A stretch of 46,271 nt of DNA from Rhodothermales bacterium (GTDB lineage: Bacteria; Bacteroidota; Rhodothermia; Rhodothermales; VXPQ01), in contig JBBDTI010000027.1 in NCBI GenBank assembly GCA_040904565.1, positions 1-46,271 of the forward strand, read 5' to 3'. This document shows, in pieces, positions 9,715 through 18,461 of the stretch (its first letter is position 1; every line of letters starts with the position of its first letter). Both the position numbers and the translations under genes were made by a program. The notes beneath the pieces are model-generated. The model was not told where the DNA came from. It worked only from the letters and a program-made list of their open reading frames with translations, and made no database searches.

Positions 9715-9927
9715 TCATGTATACCGTTTCGCAACGGAATTCGGTCCGCTCATCGCCCGTCTACAAATGCGGACCTGTGCTTCGATGACCGTATTAACGC
9801 ATTCGTCGTGCTCCTCGACCAGAGGCCAGTCGCAATCCGGATACAGTGCGTGCAGCTGCCGCTTCGCCTCACTTCGGAGAAGCCAGTATGCCGCATTCCA
9901 AGCGATCTGGGCGTTTTCGTCAAACAT
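9715..9927 (-). CDS. Small hypothetical helical protein (~70 aa)
   Basis: ORF from ATG 9927 (MFDENAQIAW...ICRRAMSG...) fills the gap co-directionally with guaD and has coding-like codon usage. No family recognised. Confidence 0.45.
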   Translation of the reverse strand: MFDENAQIAWNAAYWLLRSEAKRQLHALYPDCDWPLVEEHDECVNTVIEAQVRICRRAMSGPNSVAKRYT

Positions 9928-10254
9928 GCTGGGCCGTACATTGGATATCGATACTGCGTAGCGGCCGCCTGTCTGGCTTGGTTCCGGGGACGTATCCGGC
10001 GGCAATGGGTATGGCGTCAGTATCGTCACATAGCGACCCGCCTTAAACTACGAACAACGAGACGACGCCCGTATGAAGGACCTCGCAGCGCGCATCCGCA
10101 ACATGGCTCAGAGCTACATCCGAGCCGTCGGACCGGAACGGCTGCTCTCGAAGATGGGATTGCTTCACGACCTCTTCTACATCTGCGCTTTTGCTACGCA
10201 AAACAGATGGACGAGTTGGAGGACGTCTGTCGGCGTGCTTTCGCCAGATCGGCG

Positions 10255-11238
10255 TCAGGAGGCCAGCACCGCGTCGAGCGCTTGGAGGACGTCCTCGTGC
10301 AGGTGGCCGTTCGTCGCTACGATGCCTGCGTTGCGCGCGAGCAAAACGCCCTGCGTGTAGTCGAGCGTCCGCCCGCGCAGATCCGTAACGCGTCCGCCTG
10401 CCTCTTCGATCACGAGCGTCCCGGCCGCGTGATCCCAGATCTTTTCGACGTATCCGGTGTGCGTCGTGAGACGCAGGTAGATGTCGGCATCCCCTCGCGC
10501 CACGACACCGTACTTCGCCTGGCTGTCGATGCGATACGGGGCCTTCTTAATACCGAGTCTGGCGGCCACGTCCGCTGCATCGTCGTGTGAGCTGTGGGCC
10601 GACTCGACCGACTCGCAAAATCGCGCCTCCGCGCCGCGCGCTACGTGGCTTACCCCGATGCGCTCGCGAACCGGCTCTCCGGAGAGCGGAATGCGATAGG
10701 CTCCTTCGCCGCGATGCGCCGCAAAGACGACGCCCCGCGGCCCGTTGCCCCGCGCCGCGAAGCTTAGATTCGGACATGCGAGCGCGGCTACCCGGATCTC
10801 CCCGTCGACGAGGAGGGCGAGTGCCACGGCGTAGTGATCCCCCCGAAGAAATCCTTTCGTTCCATCGATCGGATCCAGGGTCCAGAAGCGGTCCGAGTAG
10901 GCCGAGGCGTTTCCCCGGTCGATCCACCGGCATACGGCATCGCGGTCGGCTTTCGGGGCGACGCGTCCCACCTCCGCCACGACCTTCTCGAGGAGCTCGT
11001 GATGCTCGGGCGCTTGCAGCATCTGCGAGTCCTCCTCCGCGATGACAGGATCGGAGGGAAACCTCTCCAGTAGGGCCCGGCAGACGACGGCCTGACTGCC
11101 GAAGTCGGCAACGGTCACCGGAGACCGATCCTCCTTTTCGAGAGAGGCAGGATCCAGCCCCGACTGCACGGAACGGCAAACCGACGACGCACTGCGAACG
11201 GCCTCGACGGCCGTGGTGAATTCTTCTTCGTAATTCAT
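10255..11238 (-). CDS. 3'(2'),5'-bisphosphate nucleotidase, HAL2/Met22/SAL1-like (inositol monophosphatase superfamily)
   Basis: SPVTVADFGSQA, IAEEDS, FWTLDPIDGTKGFLRG, ESVESAHSSH, RIDSQAKY, EKIWDHAAG. Confidence 0.9.
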   Translation of the reverse strand: MNYEEEFTTAVEAVRSASSVCRSVQSGLDPASLEKEDRSPVTVADFGSQAVVCRALLERFPSDPVIAEEDSQMLQAPEHHELLEKVVAEVGRVAPKADRDAVCRWIDRGNASAYSDRFWTLDPIDGTKGFLRGDHYAVALALLVDGEIRVAALACPNLSFAARGNGPRGVVFAAHRGEGAYRIPLSGEPVRERIGVSHVARGAEARFCESVESAHSSHDDAADVAARLGIKKAPYRIDSQAKYGVVARGDADIYLRLTTHTGYVEKIWDHAAGTLVIEEAGGRVTDLRGRTLDYTQGVLLARNAGIVATNGHLHEDVLQALDAVLAS

Positions 11239-11253
11239 AGTTCGAATGCTCAT

Positions 11254-11730
11254 TCAAGGAATCGACGGGGCGCCGAACGATGGAACGCCGTTTAGAAATT
11301 CGTGGGTGCCCGTCGCCCGGTCGGTGCGCCAGCAATAGTGGTGCATCCCGTTCGTAACGGCCAGAAAACGTGCGTTGACGACGACGTTATACCGTGCGAC
11401 CTGGTCGAACGTAGACTGCTCGATTCCCACGTCAGGCGCCTTGCACTCCGCCATGAGGAACGGCGCACCCTGCCGGTCGTGCACGACGATGTCCGCGCGC
11501 CGCGGCATGTTTTGATACGCAAAACCCATCTCGACCGCAATCAACGAGCCGGGATAACCGCAATCACGCATCAGATACTGGAGGAAGTGCTGGCGAACCC
11601 ACTCTTCCGGTGTGAGGCGGACGTACTTGCGGCGAAGAGGATCGTAGACGAAGCGCTTTCCTGCTTCGGATCGGATGCGGACGTCGTAGTCCGGCAGGTT
11701 CAGCGATGTAAGTTGATCTCTGTCGGCCAT
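11254..11730 (-). CDS. Stand-alone type I restriction enzyme HsdR N-terminal domain protein
   Basis: LNLP.Y, YDPLRRKYVRLTPEEWVRQ, RADIVV, ECKAP, FDQVARYN, VTNGMHHY. No helicase domain, and no hsdM or hsdS nearby. Confidence 0.85.
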   Translation of the reverse strand: MADRDQLTSLNLPDYDVRIRSEAGKRFVYDPLRRKYVRLTPEEWVRQHFLQYLMRDCGYPGSLIAVEMGFAYQNMPRRADIVVHDRQGAPFLMAECKAPDVGIEQSTFDQVARYNVVVNARFLAVTNGMHHYCWRTDRATGTHEFLNGVPSFGAPSIP

Positions 11731-11845
11731 CTCGTCCACCATCTCACCGCCGTCTCACCGCCTTCTCGTACGCCGTCTCACTCGTCGTCTCACCCACCGT
11801 CTTACCCGCCATCTCGAAGCACGTAACCCGCCTTCTCATCCGCCT
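11725..11845. repeat. Degenerate ~11-12 bp tandem array (about 9-10 units, consensus ccgccRtctca)
   Basis: ggccatctcgt ccaccatctca ccgccgtctca ccgccttctcgta cgccgtctca ctcgtcgtctca cccaccgtctta cccgccatctcg ... cccgccttctca. Confidence 0.75.
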
Positions 11846-13033
11846 CGATGTACGTCGACCGCTTCGGAGTACCCGGTCATTTCGACATACCCGCGGCCGG
11901 TATGACTGCCATCGACATCGACGGCGCCTTCCCAGTAGGTCACCGTATGATTCAGCTCCTGTCGATCCAGGACCGGCGCGATGCGCAGATCGATCGACAG
12001 CGAGGGTACGCGCACGGCCCACTCGACCGGGTAGCGGGCGCCCGTGGCCGGACTCTCCCAGTAGCGAAGCGGTTCGAGCTCGACATCTTCCACCTCCAGG
12101 CGCCGCACAGCGCCGTCCGACGCCACGACGACGCCGTTGCTATATGGACTCGCCGTCCCGTCGGTCTGGCGCAGCCTGTAGAACATCAGATCGCGACCGT
12201 CATCCAGCTGCAGCGAGAACCAGTCCCATCCGATCTGGTCGGGGCCGAGCGCACTGGTGCTCCATTCCCGGTCGAGCCAGCTCAGACCCGCGACCTCGAA
12301 CGAATCGGCGTCCACGGTGACGGTCCCTTCCGTAACCATGCGGGTCATCGAATAGTAGTAGGAAGCGTTCCCCGGCTCCGGCCCTTTTCGATCCAGGCCT
12401 CCCTCTCCCTGCGGCACGACCGGCTTGAGGCGGCGGAGCGAGAGATTTACGGAGACCGACGGCGGCCCGTCGGCACGCGCCCTCAATCGCACCGAATCGG
12501 CGGTTTGGCCCGCTACGTCCCAGTCCTCCAGCCACACGTGATACGGAGACGCCTCCGCGCCTGCGAGTCCACCCGCCCCCCGGCTGAACCGCTCGAACGC
12601 GTAAAAAGCGTCGTCGTCCACGTCCGACAGCGCGAAATGCGCCATGAAAAGTTGACGAGTACTCCAGGTGGCGTCGTGTAGCGAATCCGGCTCCGGCGGA
12701 CTGAGTGCCGTCCGAAACACGGTGAACTGATATCCGAAGCGCCGCCCGGTGGGCGCAGAGAGATTCCCCGTATAGTACCACCACTCCGTCCGATAGGATG
12801 GATGCGGGCCATGATCGTCGGGGAACGCAAATGGGCGCGGCGAGACGACCCGTGCAAAACCGGACGTGTCGGCCGAGAGTACTTCCGTCACAGCCAGCGA
12901 CGCGCGTTCCGGCCGGTCACCCTCATCCACCAGGAAAACGGCAGCGAGCAGTCCGGCCGTGACGAGTACGGCGGCAACCAGTGCGGCTATGGCCTTCCCT
13001 TTTGGAGAGCGCCGCGCGCTCTTCTTTCTCCAC
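11836..13033 (-). CDS. AttH/CrtC-like lipocalin-domain hydrolase associated with ABC transporter; 5' end appears frameshifted
   Basis: FPDDHGPHP.YRTEWWYYTGNL, FGYQFTVFR, ASYYYSMTRM, WLDREWS, GWDWFSLQL, YWEGAV, GYVEMTGY. The frame extends past 12930 into a signal anchor, but the nearest GTG (13033) is out of frame. Confidence 0.85.
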
Positions 13034-13042
13034 GTGAGCGTT

Positions 13043-13264
13043 CTAATCGTCTGAAATGACGGTCAGCTCCTGCATTTCCTCTGGACGGCGATAGAGCGAG
13101 CCTCTCGACCCGCTGATTGAAACGTTTCGCTGTACCAGATCCCACTTTTCCTCGATCTCATTCTCATCGCCGTTGAAGGGAGCGGATCCTGTCCCCGACC
13201 GGCCGAAATCGAAGACGTACAGATTGTTGGGATTCCCTAGGAGAATCTGCGTTGGCATCGGCAT
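13043..13264 (-). CDS. Small hypothetical protein (73 aa) inside the att-like operon
   Basis: ATG-started ORF MPMPTQILLGNPNNLYVFDFGR... in a visibly less GC-rich segment. No family recognised. Confidence 0.4.
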   Translation of the reverse strand: MPMPTQILLGNPNNLYVFDFGRSGTGSAPFNGDENEIEEKWDLVQRNVSISGSRGSLYRRPEEMQELTVISDD

Positions 13265-13447
13265 ATTGTGGGCTCGAGATGTGTGAAACTGAGGCCTGTC
13301 GAACGAAAGTTCGGCCCCGTTGGACTCAAAACAGACAATATTCGTGTAGTCCGCAGTGAGTTTAAAGTTTCAGCGAAGGCCTTTCCAAACGGTTCGTTTC
13401 AACCCTGACGTTCGATGCGCGCAGCCGGTCCGCGCTTCGAGGCGGGG

Positions 13448-15976
13448 TTATTCTTCCCGCAGCGCGTCTGCCGTGTTCTTTCGTTCGAGGGTTAGTGCCG
13501 GATAGATGCCGGCGACGATCGCCGCCGCGAGCGCGAGGCCGAACGCCTGCAGGAGAGCGTCGGCCGGTACCGTGAACTGGAGCGTCCACCCGAACGAGCG
13601 CTTGTTGATGACGAAGACGAGCACGTAGGCCAGGACGAGCCCAAGGGGTACGGCCAGCATTCCGGCGATCGCGCCCATGATGCCCGTCTGCAAGGTCACG
13701 TATTTGCGGAGCACTCCTGGCGTCATGCCTTCCGCACGAAGGATGGCGAACTCGGTCGCCCGCTCGATCTGGAGAGCCATCAACGCGCTTACAATACCGA
13801 CCCCCGCGACGAGCAATGCCAGCACGCGCAGCACGGAGGTAATGGCAAACGTACGGTCGAACACCTCGATCGACGCTTCCCGCAGCGCCCGATTGGAGCG
13901 AACGATCACGTCCTGGCCGATGAGCGCTCGGACCTGGTCGGCAACGGATTCCGGGCTTGCGTCGGGCTCGAGGTACAGAGAGACGCCCGAGAGGCCCTCG
14001 GCATCGAAGTGACGCGTAAAGACGGAGCGGAGCATGACGGCCGTACCCTGATCGGATGCATAGTCGAAGAACACGCCGGCAACCAGGAACGACCGTGGAC
14101 CGCGGTCCGTCGGGAGCTCGAGGGAGTCCCCCGGTGCGAGCCCCTTTCTGTAGGCCAGCGGCTCCGACACGAGCACGGACCGCCCGATCGTGAACCGATC
14201 CCAGATGGCTTCCGGCTCACCCCTCGTATACCGGTAGGTGTACGCCGCATCGGGACCGGGATCGATCGCGGCGAGGCGCATCGTACCGTCCTCCAGCGCC
14301 AAGCTCATGCGGCGAATGGATGAGACGTGCCGGATCCCGGGCACGTCTTCCAGGAGAGGCACCAGATTCGCGTCCACCACCCCACGGCCGAGCGGGAACC
14401 CGGATCCGGGTGCCTGCACGTACAGATCCGCCTGCAGCGTGTAATCCAGCCAGTCGGTCACCGTATCCCGAAAGCTGCCGACCATGACGCCCACACCGAC
14501 GGCCGCGGCGACGGCTATGCTCAGCGCCGCGATGGCGACGGACGTCCGGCTCAGGTGGTGTACGACACCCTGCGCGGCCATCCGACCGACGAGCCCGAAC
14601 GGCCGACCCAGCATCTGCCGAGCGCCCCGGGCGATCCAGCACGTCGCCGCCGGGGTGATCAGTGCGAAGGCCAGCAGGACGAGCGAGAGTCCAACATAGC
14701 TCAAGAAGAGGCTCGCTCCGGAGGAGAGCAGGACCACGACTGCAGCGACGGCGACGGCGACCGCCGCCCACGTCAGAGCCGGCAGCACGCGGCGCATCCT
14801 GCGTTCTTCTTCCGACCGCTGGAGCACGACGTGCACGGAGGAGGACGACGCCTCGTAAGCCGCCGGAACGGCAGCGAGCGCCGTGGCGACGACGCCGAGC
14901 AGGGCCGCCTTGCCGATGACGAGCGGATCGAGCACGACGGACCGTACTTCGAGGACGTAATACAGGTCGTTGATCGTCTGCGTCACGAGGCGAACGAGGC
15001 CCTGTGCAAGCACGGCCCCGAGCGCGAGTCCGACCACCGCACCGGCCGTCCCCATCAGTGCGGCTTCGAAAAGGACCTGCAGAAAGATGCCGCGTCGGGT
15101 AACACCTATGGCACGGAGTCGACCCAGCAGAGCACGTCGCTGGACGACCGAGAACGTAATCGTGTTGTAGATGAGAAACATCGCCACGACCAGCGCGAGC
15201 AGGCTCAATGCGTGCAGATTGAGCTCGAAGGCGTCGGTCATCTGGTTCACCGCCTCGGTACGCTCGCTGGATCGAACCAGGCGCACGCCTTCGGGCAGCG
15301 CCGCCTCGATCCGAGCTGTGGCGCTAGCTCCGGCACGATCTGTCTCAATCACCAGGTCGATCCGGCTCAGGGCGTCTCCCATTCCGAATAATCGCTGAGC
15401 CGTCCCCACGTCCGCGACGATCAGATTGCCCGCCGCCTCACGACCCGACTCATCGTCCGGCACGAGAAGGCCGCCTAAGGTTACAACCTGGGGGCTCCCG
15501 GCAACCGAGAGGTGCAGCGTGTCGCCGGGCTCGGCGCCGAGCGCCGGGGCCGCGAGCACGACCGGGTCGGGTCCCACGAAGATGCCGAGGTCTTGCACCG
15601 GCAGATTCGTCGCATACGGCCGAAACGCACCATCCGCGAAGGGATCGATGCCGAGAACCTGGTACGTGCGTCCACCATGCACGGCATACCCTTCGACGAC
15701 CGGCGCGGCCGCCCTGATGCCCATCTCGATGCGCAGCATGCGATAGACGGATCCGTCGACGCGTTCCGGAGCGACGACCTGATGGGTGGCCGCACCGACG
15801 ACGCGGGAAGCGGACAGCTCGAAGGCGCGCTGCGCGCTCGTATTGGCAAGATCGATCGACACGACGACGGCCACACCCAGTGCGATGCCGAGGACGGAGA
15901 GTCCGGTCAGCCATGGATGGCGGCCCAGATACCGCATACTCGCGCGGCTTGTGATGGCGAAGCGTGCGCCCATCAT
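13448..15976 (-). CDS. ABC transporter permease, double FtsX/MacB-like (AttFG-like)
   Basis: GIALGVAVVVSIDLAN, FLIYNTITFSVVQRR..LGRLRAIG, MVGSFR.TV.DWL, VFDRTFAIT, VINKRSFGWT. Confidence 0.9.
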   Translation of the reverse strand: MMGARFAITSRASMRYLGRHPWLTGLSVLGIALGVAVVVSIDLANTSAQRAFELSASRVVGAATHQVVAPERVDGSVYRMLRIEMGIRAAAPVVEGYAVHGGRTYQVLGIDPFADGAFRPYATNLPVQDLGIFVGPDPVVLAAPALGAEPGDTLHLSVAGSPQVVTLGGLLVPDDESGREAAGNLIVADVGTAQRLFGMGDALSRIDLVIETDRAGASATARIEAALPEGVRLVRSSERTEAVNQMTDAFELNLHALSLLALVVAMFLIYNTITFSVVQRRALLGRLRAIGVTRRGIFLQVLFEAALMGTAGAVVGLALGAVLAQGLVRLVTQTINDLYYVLEVRSVVLDPLVIGKAALLGVVATALAAVPAAYEASSSSVHVVLQRSEEERRMRRVLPALTWAAVAVAVAAVVVLLSSGASLFLSYVGLSLVLLAFALITPAATCWIARGARQMLGRPFGLVGRMAAQGVVHHLSRTSVAIAALSIAVAAAVGVGVMVGSFRDTVTDWLDYTLQADLYVQAPGSGFPLGRGVVDANLVPLLEDVPGIRHVSSIRRMSLALEDGTMRLAAIDPGPDAAYTYRYTRGEPEAIWDRFTIGRSVLVSEPLAYRKGLAPGDSLELPTDRGPRSFLVAGVFFDYASDQGTAVMLRSVFTRHFDAEGLSGVSLYLEPDASPESVADQVRALIGQDVIVRSNRALREASIEVFDRTFAITSVLRVLALLVAGVGIVSALMALQIERATEFAILRAEGMTPGVLRKYVTLQTGIMGAIAGMLAVPLGLVLAYVLVFVINKRSFGWTLQFTVPADALLQAFGLALAAAIVAGIYPALTLERKNTADALREE

Positions 15977-16665
15977 TCCTCCGCGTCGCGTTGCAGCACA
16001 CCGCCGGACAGGCGCATGACGCGGTCGGCGCGAGACAACAGATCGCGATCGTGCGTGGCGACGATCATCGTTTTCCCCTGCTCGCGAACGAGCGACTCCA
16101 GCAGATCCATCACGCCCGAACCCGTCTCGACGTCGAGATTCCCGGTAGGTTCATCGGCCAGCAGCAGCAACGGATCGTGCGCGAGGGCACGGGCGGCAGC
16201 CACGCGCTGGCGTTCACCGCCGGAGAGGCGGTCTGGGAAGCTGTCTGCTCGATCGAGAAGTCCGACCCGATCCAGCAGACCGCGCGCCCGGTCGTCGTCG
16301 CGTGCCCCACGCAGCTCCATAGGCAGCAGAAGATTTTCCAGAACGGTGAGCGTGGGAATCAGATTGAACGACTGAAACACGAAACCGATGCGGTGTCGAC
16401 GGAAGAGCGTACGTTCTTTCTCGGAAAGGCCGGTCAGCTCCACGCCGTCCACCGTGACGGTGCCCCCTGTCGGACGATCGATGCCGCTGATGAGATTTAG
16501 AAGCGTACTCTTCCCCGAACCGCTGCGGCCCACCAGCACGACCAGCTCCTCCGCCCGCACGTCCGCGTCGAGGCCATCCAGCACCACGCGCAGGCGATCG
16601 CCCTCCTGAAATGATTTCGTGAGCCCGCGCAGCCGTACGAGCGGGCCGTCGGCAGCGGCCTGCAT
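15973..16665 (-). CDS. ABC transporter ATP-binding protein (LolD/AttE-like)
   Basis: Walker A GRSGSGKST, IGFVFQSFNLIP, LSGGERQR, LADEPTGNLD. GGAGG lies upstream of ATG 16665; alternative start 16701. Confidence 0.92.
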   Translation of the reverse strand: MQAAADGPLVRLRGLTKSFQEGDRLRVVLDGLDADVRAEELVVLVGRSGSGKSTLLNLISGIDRPTGGTVTVDGVELTGLSEKERTLFRRHRIGFVFQSFNLIPTLTVLENLLLPMELRGARDDDRARGLLDRVGLLDRADSFPDRLSGGERQRVAAARALAHDPLLLLADEPTGNLDVETGSGVMDLLESLVREQGKTMIVATHDRDLLSRADRVMRLSGGVLQRDAEE

Positions 16666-16848
16666 ACCCGCATCCTCCGTGCTGGTCTCGGATCCGCGCA
16701 TGTACGTAGAAGGTACGTTAGTGACAACGGCGAGTGACAGTGGCGGGCGCGCCGAATCGGCCGACGATGTCGCGGAATCGGCGGAGGCGTCATGCGCCGA
16801 CCGCGCACTACATGATCCTTTCCCACCGGTAATGATCCCCATCTATAT

Positions 16849-17748
16849 ATGAAAGAACCGCTGAAGGGCCGCGTTCGTGTCGCAGGCGCCCAGTATTTCA
16901 TCCGGCCCATCGAGCGCTTCTCGCAGTTCGAAGATCAGGTGTCCTCGACGGTCGCCACGGCGGCGGATTACCAGTGCCGCCTCGTCGTTCTCCCCGAATA
17001 TTTTACGCTGCAGCTCGCTTCGCTGGGCGACGTCAAGCGACCGTTCCGCGAGCAGCTGCGCGACGTGGCGTCCTTCGTCCCCCGGTTCGTGGACGTTCTA
17101 TCCGGACTCGCAACGCGTCACGGTATTTATATCGTCGCCGGCACGATTCCCGTACGCGGCTCGGGGGATGACGTCCACAACGAATCGTTCCTCTTTTCGC
17201 CCTCCGGCGACCACGCCGTGCAGGGCAAGCTTCACATGACGCGGTTCGAGAGAGAGGACTGGGATGTTTCCCCGAGCGAGCGCATGAAAGTCTTCGACAC
17301 TGATTTCGGAAAACTCGCCGTCGCCATTTGCTACGACGTCGAATTTCCCGAGCTCGTCCGCGCCGCTGCTCGGAAAGGTGCCCACCTGCTCGCGGTGCCC
17401 AGCAATACGGACGACCGGCAGGGATTTCTGCGGGTACGATACTGCGCCCACGCGCGCACCATCGAAAATCAGATGTACGTCGTTCACACGACGACGGTCG
17501 GCGGACTGCCCCGCGTGCCCGACGTATCGCTGAACTACGGCCAGGCTTCCATTCTGACGCCGAGCGACTTCGCTTTCGCGCGCGACGGCATCCTTGCCGA
17601 GAGCGTCATGAATCAGGAGACGCTCATCGTCGGCGAGCTCGACATGAAGACGATCGACGACAGCCGTACGTTCGGAACCGTGCTGCCGCTCAACGACAGC
17701 CACCACACCAGGGAGCTTATCGCGGATATCCAGGAAATCACGCTTTAG
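16849..17748 (+). CDS. Carbon-nitrogen hydrolase (nitrilase superfamily)
   Basis: Catalytic E-K-C in LPEYF, QGKLH and ICYDVEFPE; RVRYCAHARTIENQ. Confidence 0.92.
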   Translation: MKEPLKGRVRVAGAQYFIRPIERFSQFEDQVSSTVATAADYQCRLVVLPEYFTLQLASLGDVKRPFREQLRDVASFVPRFVDVLSGLATRHGIYIVAGTIPVRGSGDDVHNESFLFSPSGDHAVQGKLHMTRFEREDWDVSPSERMKVFDTDFGKLAVAICYDVEFPELVRAAARKGAHLLAVPSNTDDRQGFLRVRYCAHARTIENQMYVVHTTTVGGLPRVPDVSLNYGQASILTPSDFAFARDGILAESVMNQETLIVGELDMKTIDDSRTFGTVLPLNDSHHTRELIADIQEITL

Positions 17749-17812
17749 AGCCTCGCGACGTTCATCCGGCGCACGACGGCCGGCCGCCGTACCCAAGGAA
17801 CCATACGACAGC

Positions 17813-18442
17813 ATGTCCGACTCGGAGATACGCATTCGAAACACGCGGCCGACCGACTTCGCGGCGATCGAACGGCTCACGCGGGCCGTTTACCCGAACG
17901 ACTTTCCGTGGACGGCGGACTATCTCGCGGCGCATCTCGACGTGTTTCCGGAGGGACAGTTCGTTGCCGTGGATCGCCGCACGGGAGACGTCGTCGGCAT
18001 GGCCGCCAATTTCGTGGTCCGATGGGACGAGTACGCCGGCGTCGATTCGTACCTCGACTTCACGAACGACGGATTTCTGACGAACCACGACCCGTCGGGA
18101 AAGACCCTCTACGGCGCCGACGTGATGACGGACACCGATCGGCGGGGCGAAGGGATCGGATCGGCGCTATATGAAGCCCGGAAAGAGCTGGTTCGGCGGC
18201 TCGGCCTCGATCGGATTCGCGGCCACGCGCGGCTGCCCGGCTATCATCGGTACGCCGACGTCCTCTCGCCCGAAGCGTACGTTCAACGCATCGTGAAGGG
18301 AGAGCTGGACGACCCGACGCTCAGCTTTCAGCTCCGACACGGCTTCCGCGTGCTGGACATCGTGCCGAACTACTTCGCGCGCGACCCGAGGAGCGGCGGA
18401 CACGCGGCGCTCATCGAATGGGTGCCCTACGAGGGTACGTAG
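17813..18442 (+). CDS. GNAT family N-acetyltransferase (YhcX N-domain-like)
   Basis: HLDVFPEGQFVA, HDPSGKTLYGADV, RGEGIGSALYEARK, DPTLSFQL. Confidence 0.88.
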   Translation: MSDSEIRIRNTRPTDFAAIERLTRAVYPNDFPWTADYLAAHLDVFPEGQFVAVDRRTGDVVGMAANFVVRWDEYAGVDSYLDFTNDGFLTNHDPSGKTLYGADVMTDTDRRGEGIGSALYEARKELVRRLGLDRIRGHARLPGYHRYADVLSPEAYVQRIVKGELDDPTLSFQLRHGFRVLDIVPNYFARDPRSGGHAALIEWVPYEGT

Positions 18443-18461
18443 TCCGCGGCGTCATGCCGTA

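Noticed and set aside
11254-11730. Type I restriction-modification defence system
   Set aside because: Only the stand-alone HsdR N-terminal domain is present, which is common in FCB bacteria. No helicase, methylase or specificity subunit is in the window.
11725-11845. Possible CRISPR array (also considered for 2342-2428 and 24947-25041)
   Set aside because: Units are too short or degenerate, there are no unique spacers of constant length, and no cas genes are present.
11836-12930. Carotenoid 1,2-hydratase (crtC) as a carotenoid pathway gene
   Set aside because: The context is the att-type ABC operon with no crt genes, so a family-level AttH/lipocalin call is safer.
16751-16766. 16-bp match gccgaatcggccgacg also found at 25071-25086 (REP family?)
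   Set aside because: Only two copies, GC-rich, and the second is part of a terminator stem; chance cannot be excluded.
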